Origin: an uncultured Bacteroidales bacterium
Lineage (GTDB): Bacteria; Bacteroidota; Bacteroidia; Bacteroidales; VadinHA17
Direction of reading: 5' to 3'
Assembly (NCBI GenBank): GCA_963816345.1
Contig: CAWFKI010000004.1
Location: 151,967 to 215,966 of the forward strand
DNA: 64,000 nt
The notes under the pieces were generated by a model, which did not search any database, was not told the origin of the DNA, and worked only from the letters and a program-made list of their open reading frames with translations. The first letter of the stretch is position 1. Each line of letters begins with the position of its first letter. This document shows positions 61,076 through 64,000 of the stretch, one piece after another. A program made the translations under genes and the position numbers.

Positions 61076-63034
61076 ATGGCCCGACAATTACGAATTCTGA
61101 ATTGGACCAATGAAAGACTGCCGGTCAGGGAGACTCTTAAATTCGTTTTTGATGAAGAGATCCCCGGCGGATCAAATTATTTCTATGCTCTTGGCAGTGC
61201 GACACTCTTTGTATTTTTTTTGCAGATATTATCAGGCATATGGCAGCTGTTTTTCTATGTACCAACAATAGATCACGCATATGCAAGCGTCAGCTATATG
61301 AGAATCTCTGTACCCTTTGGCTGGCTTATTCACGGGATCCATTACTGGGGCTCCCAGGCAATGATAATTATCGTGGGGCTTCATCTGATAAGAGTTTTCA
61401 TATGGGGCGCCTATAAAAGTCCACGGGAATTAATATGGCTGGCCGGTGTCATCCTTCTGATCCTGACTGCAGCCATGAGTTTTACAGGTGTTTTGCTGCC
61501 CTGGGATGAAGTCGGATATTTTGCAGCCAGGGTAGGATTAAACATAGCCGGCACTTTCCCATTAGTAGGAAAGGCAATCAAGAATTTTACGATGGGGGGA
61601 ACGGAAATCGGGCAGCTTACCCTTTCCAGGTTTTTCATTATGCACGTTGCTATCCTGCCTGCAGTACTGCTTGGCTTTATCACAATCCACCTGGTTGCTT
61701 TCAGACAATTTGGAAGTGTCGGGCCCTGGAAGAAGGAGAAAAATCTCAGATCCGGACCCTTCTGGCCTGACCAGGTATTCAAAGATGTGCTGGTCAGCAT
61801 ACTGATCCTGATGATTCTGGTCTTTTTCTCAGCCTATATCAGGGCTCCGTTCTCAGGACCGGCTGATCCCCTTGATATATCTTACCACCCTAAACCCGAA
61901 TGGAACTTCCTGTTCCTCTATCAGGCATTAAAAGGATTCAAGGGTGCATGGGAACCTGTGGGGACTGTAATCCTGCCGGTTGTCCTGGTATTATTTCTGC
62001 TATTAGTTCCTTTCATGGATTTTTATAAGGATAGAGACCCTTTAAAAAGGCCGGCAATTGTAATATCGGTTCTTGCTGTTTGCATCTCTATCATTGTTCT
62101 GACGATTGCCGGAAGCGGGAGCGTTCCTGATATTGGTAAGGTATCGCCGTCACAAACTAAGATAGAGCCTGCTGTAAATGCTCCTGAAGATATAAAGGCG
62201 GGCCGCGATCTGTTTGTTTCCAATAACTGCGCGATATGTCATAGCATAAATGGGGCAGGAGGCAAAATAGGGCCTGACCTTTCCCACGAAACAGCCAAAG
62301 GATTAACAGCAGTATGGATTGCAAACCAGATACGAAATCCCAAAATCAATGATCCTAAAAGCATAATGCCCCCATTCCCTAATCTGTCACAGGAACAGCT
62401 TAAATCAATAGCAGATTATCTCCTGAATGTGGATAAAGGCAGCAGTTTAGTGGTTACCGAAAAGAAGGAAGTGCCATCAGGCGAAATGAATCAGCCAAAT
62501 GCTGCACCGGTCGAAAATTCACAGAATATGGCCGTAAATGATCTGAACAGGCGGTCGCTGAACGGACTCGCCGCTTCACTCATCGGTAACCCGGAGCATG
62601 GAGAGGTTTTATTCAGACAGCAATGCGAAGGATGTCACGGAGTTGATGGTAAAGGGACAATAGCAAATCCGGGTTCAACAGCAGGTATAATACCTGTCCT
62701 GAATCCCGTGAGCAAAAAGTATTTTAATCCTTCTCCGGGAAGTTTTGTCGCTGATATTGATACGATAATCCAGCATGGATCAGTCCCGGCTGGTCCGGGT
62801 CCTGCCTTCAGAATGCCCGCTTTCGGGGAGTCAAATACCTTATCCCAGCAGCAGATTGCACAAATTGAAGCATATATTCTGAGTATAAATGGCGTTGACC
62901 GGGCTGAAATACTGACACCTGGTATAAAACCTCAGTATTTCGTCTGGCTGTCAACGGGGATCTTTCTTATTCTGATCCTATACCTCATAACAGACTGGGT
63001 CATTCTGAATAAAAAAGTCCGCTCCGGACAATAA
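61076..63034 (+). CDS. Cytochrome b (b6 and subunit IV fused) with two C-terminal c-type heme domains and a terminal TM
   Basis: Heme b His in GIHYW, GLHLIR, IMHV and TIHL; SFTGVLLPWD; Qo motif KPEWNF; CAICH and CEGCH with distal SIMP and RMP; ATG 61076 preferred. Confidence 0.9.
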   Translation: MARQLRILNWTNERLPVRETLKFVFDEEIPGGSNYFYALGSATLFVFFLQILSGIWQLFFYVPTIDHAYASVSYMRISVPFGWLIHGIHYWGSQAMIIIVGLHLIRVFIWGAYKSPRELIWLAGVILLILTAAMSFTGVLLPWDEVGYFAARVGLNIAGTFPLVGKAIKNFTMGGTEIGQLTLSRFFIMHVAILPAVLLGFITIHLVAFRQFGSVGPWKKEKNLRSGPFWPDQVFKDVLVSILILMILVFFSAYIRAPFSGPADPLDISYHPKPEWNFLFLYQALKGFKGAWEPVGTVILPVVLVLFLLLVPFMDFYKDRDPLKRPAIVISVLAVCISIIVLTIAGSGSVPDIGKVSPSQTKIEPAVNAPEDIKAGRDLFVSNNCAICHSINGAGGKIGPDLSHETAKGLTAVWIANQIRNPKINDPKSIMPPFPNLSQEQLKSIADYLLNVDKGSSLVVTEKKEVPSGEMNQPNAAPVENSQNMAVNDLNRRSLNGLAASLIGNPEHGEVLFRQQCEGCHGVDGKGTIANPGSTAGIIPVLNPVSKKYFNPSPGSFVADIDTIIQHGSVPAGPGPAFRMPAFGESNTLSQQQIAQIEAYILSINGVDRAEILTPGIKPQYFVWLSTGIFLILILYLITDWVILNKKVRSGQ

Positions 63035-63113
63035 CGGTATAGCGGTTTACGGAAGGTTTGATTCAAAGAAACAGATCTGAGGATCCCGGTGGTACAGCAT
63101 AGTGTATGAAATC

Positions 63114-63386
63114 TTAATATTCAATCCGGAATTCCTTATAATTGACCGGAGGAAAAGAATCTCTGGTGACAGATTCCACAAAGCCCGGACCTTTTTTGCA
63201 CCATCCGACAAATGAGTTAAGCTGTTCCGATGTGCCTTCCGCTTCAATATATACAGTGCCGTCCGATAAGTTTCTGACAAAGCCGTTGATGCCCCTTAGC
63301 CTGGCTTCCCTTGCTGCACTCCATCTGAATCCGACTCCCTGCACCCGGCCGGATATATTGATTTTATAAAGTACCTTTTCCTCCAT
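63114..63386 (-). CDS. acyP: Acylphosphatase
   Basis: GRVQGVGFR, GFVRNLSDG.V, GP. Confidence 0.92.
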   Translation of the reverse strand: MEEKVLYKINISGRVQGVGFRWSAAREARLRGINGFVRNLSDGTVYIEAEGTSEQLNSFVGWCKKGPGFVESVTRDSFPPVNYKEFRIEY

Positions 63387-63580
63387 ATCAGTAAACAACT
63401 AAAACCGCAAGGGGTTGCCTGTCAGTATCAAATATATCCGGAATTTAGAACATAAATCCGGTTTAACCGTGCTTTCGTAACGGCGCCTGATATTATTCAT
63501 TGATTAAGAAAGGCTGCCATTAACTATTTTTCTTAATTTAGTACAAGGGTATAAGTGAAAAACAATTAAGGTTTGATACC

Positions 63581-64000
63581 ATGGAAAGAAGAAAATTTTT
63601 ACAGACAGCGGGTTATACCGCACTGGCAACATATGTTCCTTCACAATTGGGAGGAAGAATGAGCAGCGGATTATTGCCTGATTTGCAGTCTGGTTCATCT
63701 GAAAAAAAGGCAAATGTTGAGGTTAAAGACGGTAAGGTATATGTTGATACACATACCCTGACTGCAGTTCTTGAAAAAGGAGTACTGACCTCATTCAAAA
63801 GCAAAATTACAGGGGAAGAATTTATTGATAAGCCCGATGTTGTAAATTTCCGTGCATTGCAGCTATTATACATCAGGAATGAAATAGTTGAGATAAATGA
63901 AGAAAAGTTTGGCACCGTTGAGGCTCGTCAGATCTCGGGGCAGAAGGCTGAAATTATCTTTCACGGATGGGACGGGGATGGTGTTATTACGGTCACTGCT
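63581..64000 (+). CDS. Tat-exported hypothetical protein, truncated at the window end
   Basis: Not in the ORF track; MERRKFLQTAGYTALA... stays open for 140 codons to the edge and carries the twin-arginine motif RRKFL. Confidence 0.75.
   Translation, partial: MERRKFLQTAGYTALATYVPSQLGGRMSSGLLPDLQSGSSEKKANVEVKDGKVYVDTHTLTAVLEKGVLTSFKSKITGEEFIDKPDVVNFRALQLLYIRNEIVEINEEKFGTVEARQISGQKAEIIFHGWDGDGVITVTA

Overview
64 kb of a Bacteroidota chromosome, probably an uncultured Bacteroidales-like lineage. This assignment rests on repeated TAnnTTTG -7 promoter elements, little Shine-Dalgarno signal, and Bacteroidota-type atp, yceD-rpmF-plsX-fabH, DUF2723 and ettA genes. I saw no rRNA, tRNA, CRISPR array, transposase or prophage. 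From left to right the window holds: housekeeping and envelope genes (U32 protein, sensor kinase, AsmA, pepE, MoeB-like, a degenerate GH16); a LolA-like/ABC/beta-barrel export operon; a LytS/LytTR-LiaF locus and plsX, both with clustered frameshifts that are probably sequencing errors; a complete F1Fo ATP synthase cluster interrupted by a polyprenyl synthase; an aromatic amino acid decarboxylase; and a glycan-modification region. Two systems stand out. (1) 58.5-63.0 kb: a four-gene operon encoding a Cyc2-type outer-membrane cytochrome-porin, a periplasmic monoheme cytochrome c, a Tat-exported Rieske protein and a cytochrome b fused to two c-type heme domains. This is a candidate self-contained wire between the cell surface and the quinone pool. 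Its promoter shares an identically spaced 11-bp-periodic CTTAAT repeat array with the promoter of the upstream gene. (2) 50.5-55.5 kb: an 8-amino-Kdo (kdnAB) locus converging on a kdsA-X-kdsC operon. Here kdsA has altered signature motifs, and X, sitting where KdsD would be expected, is a transaldolase/FSA-fold domain fused to a KdsD-type CBS pair. All functional calls come from motif recognition by eye; no database searches were run.
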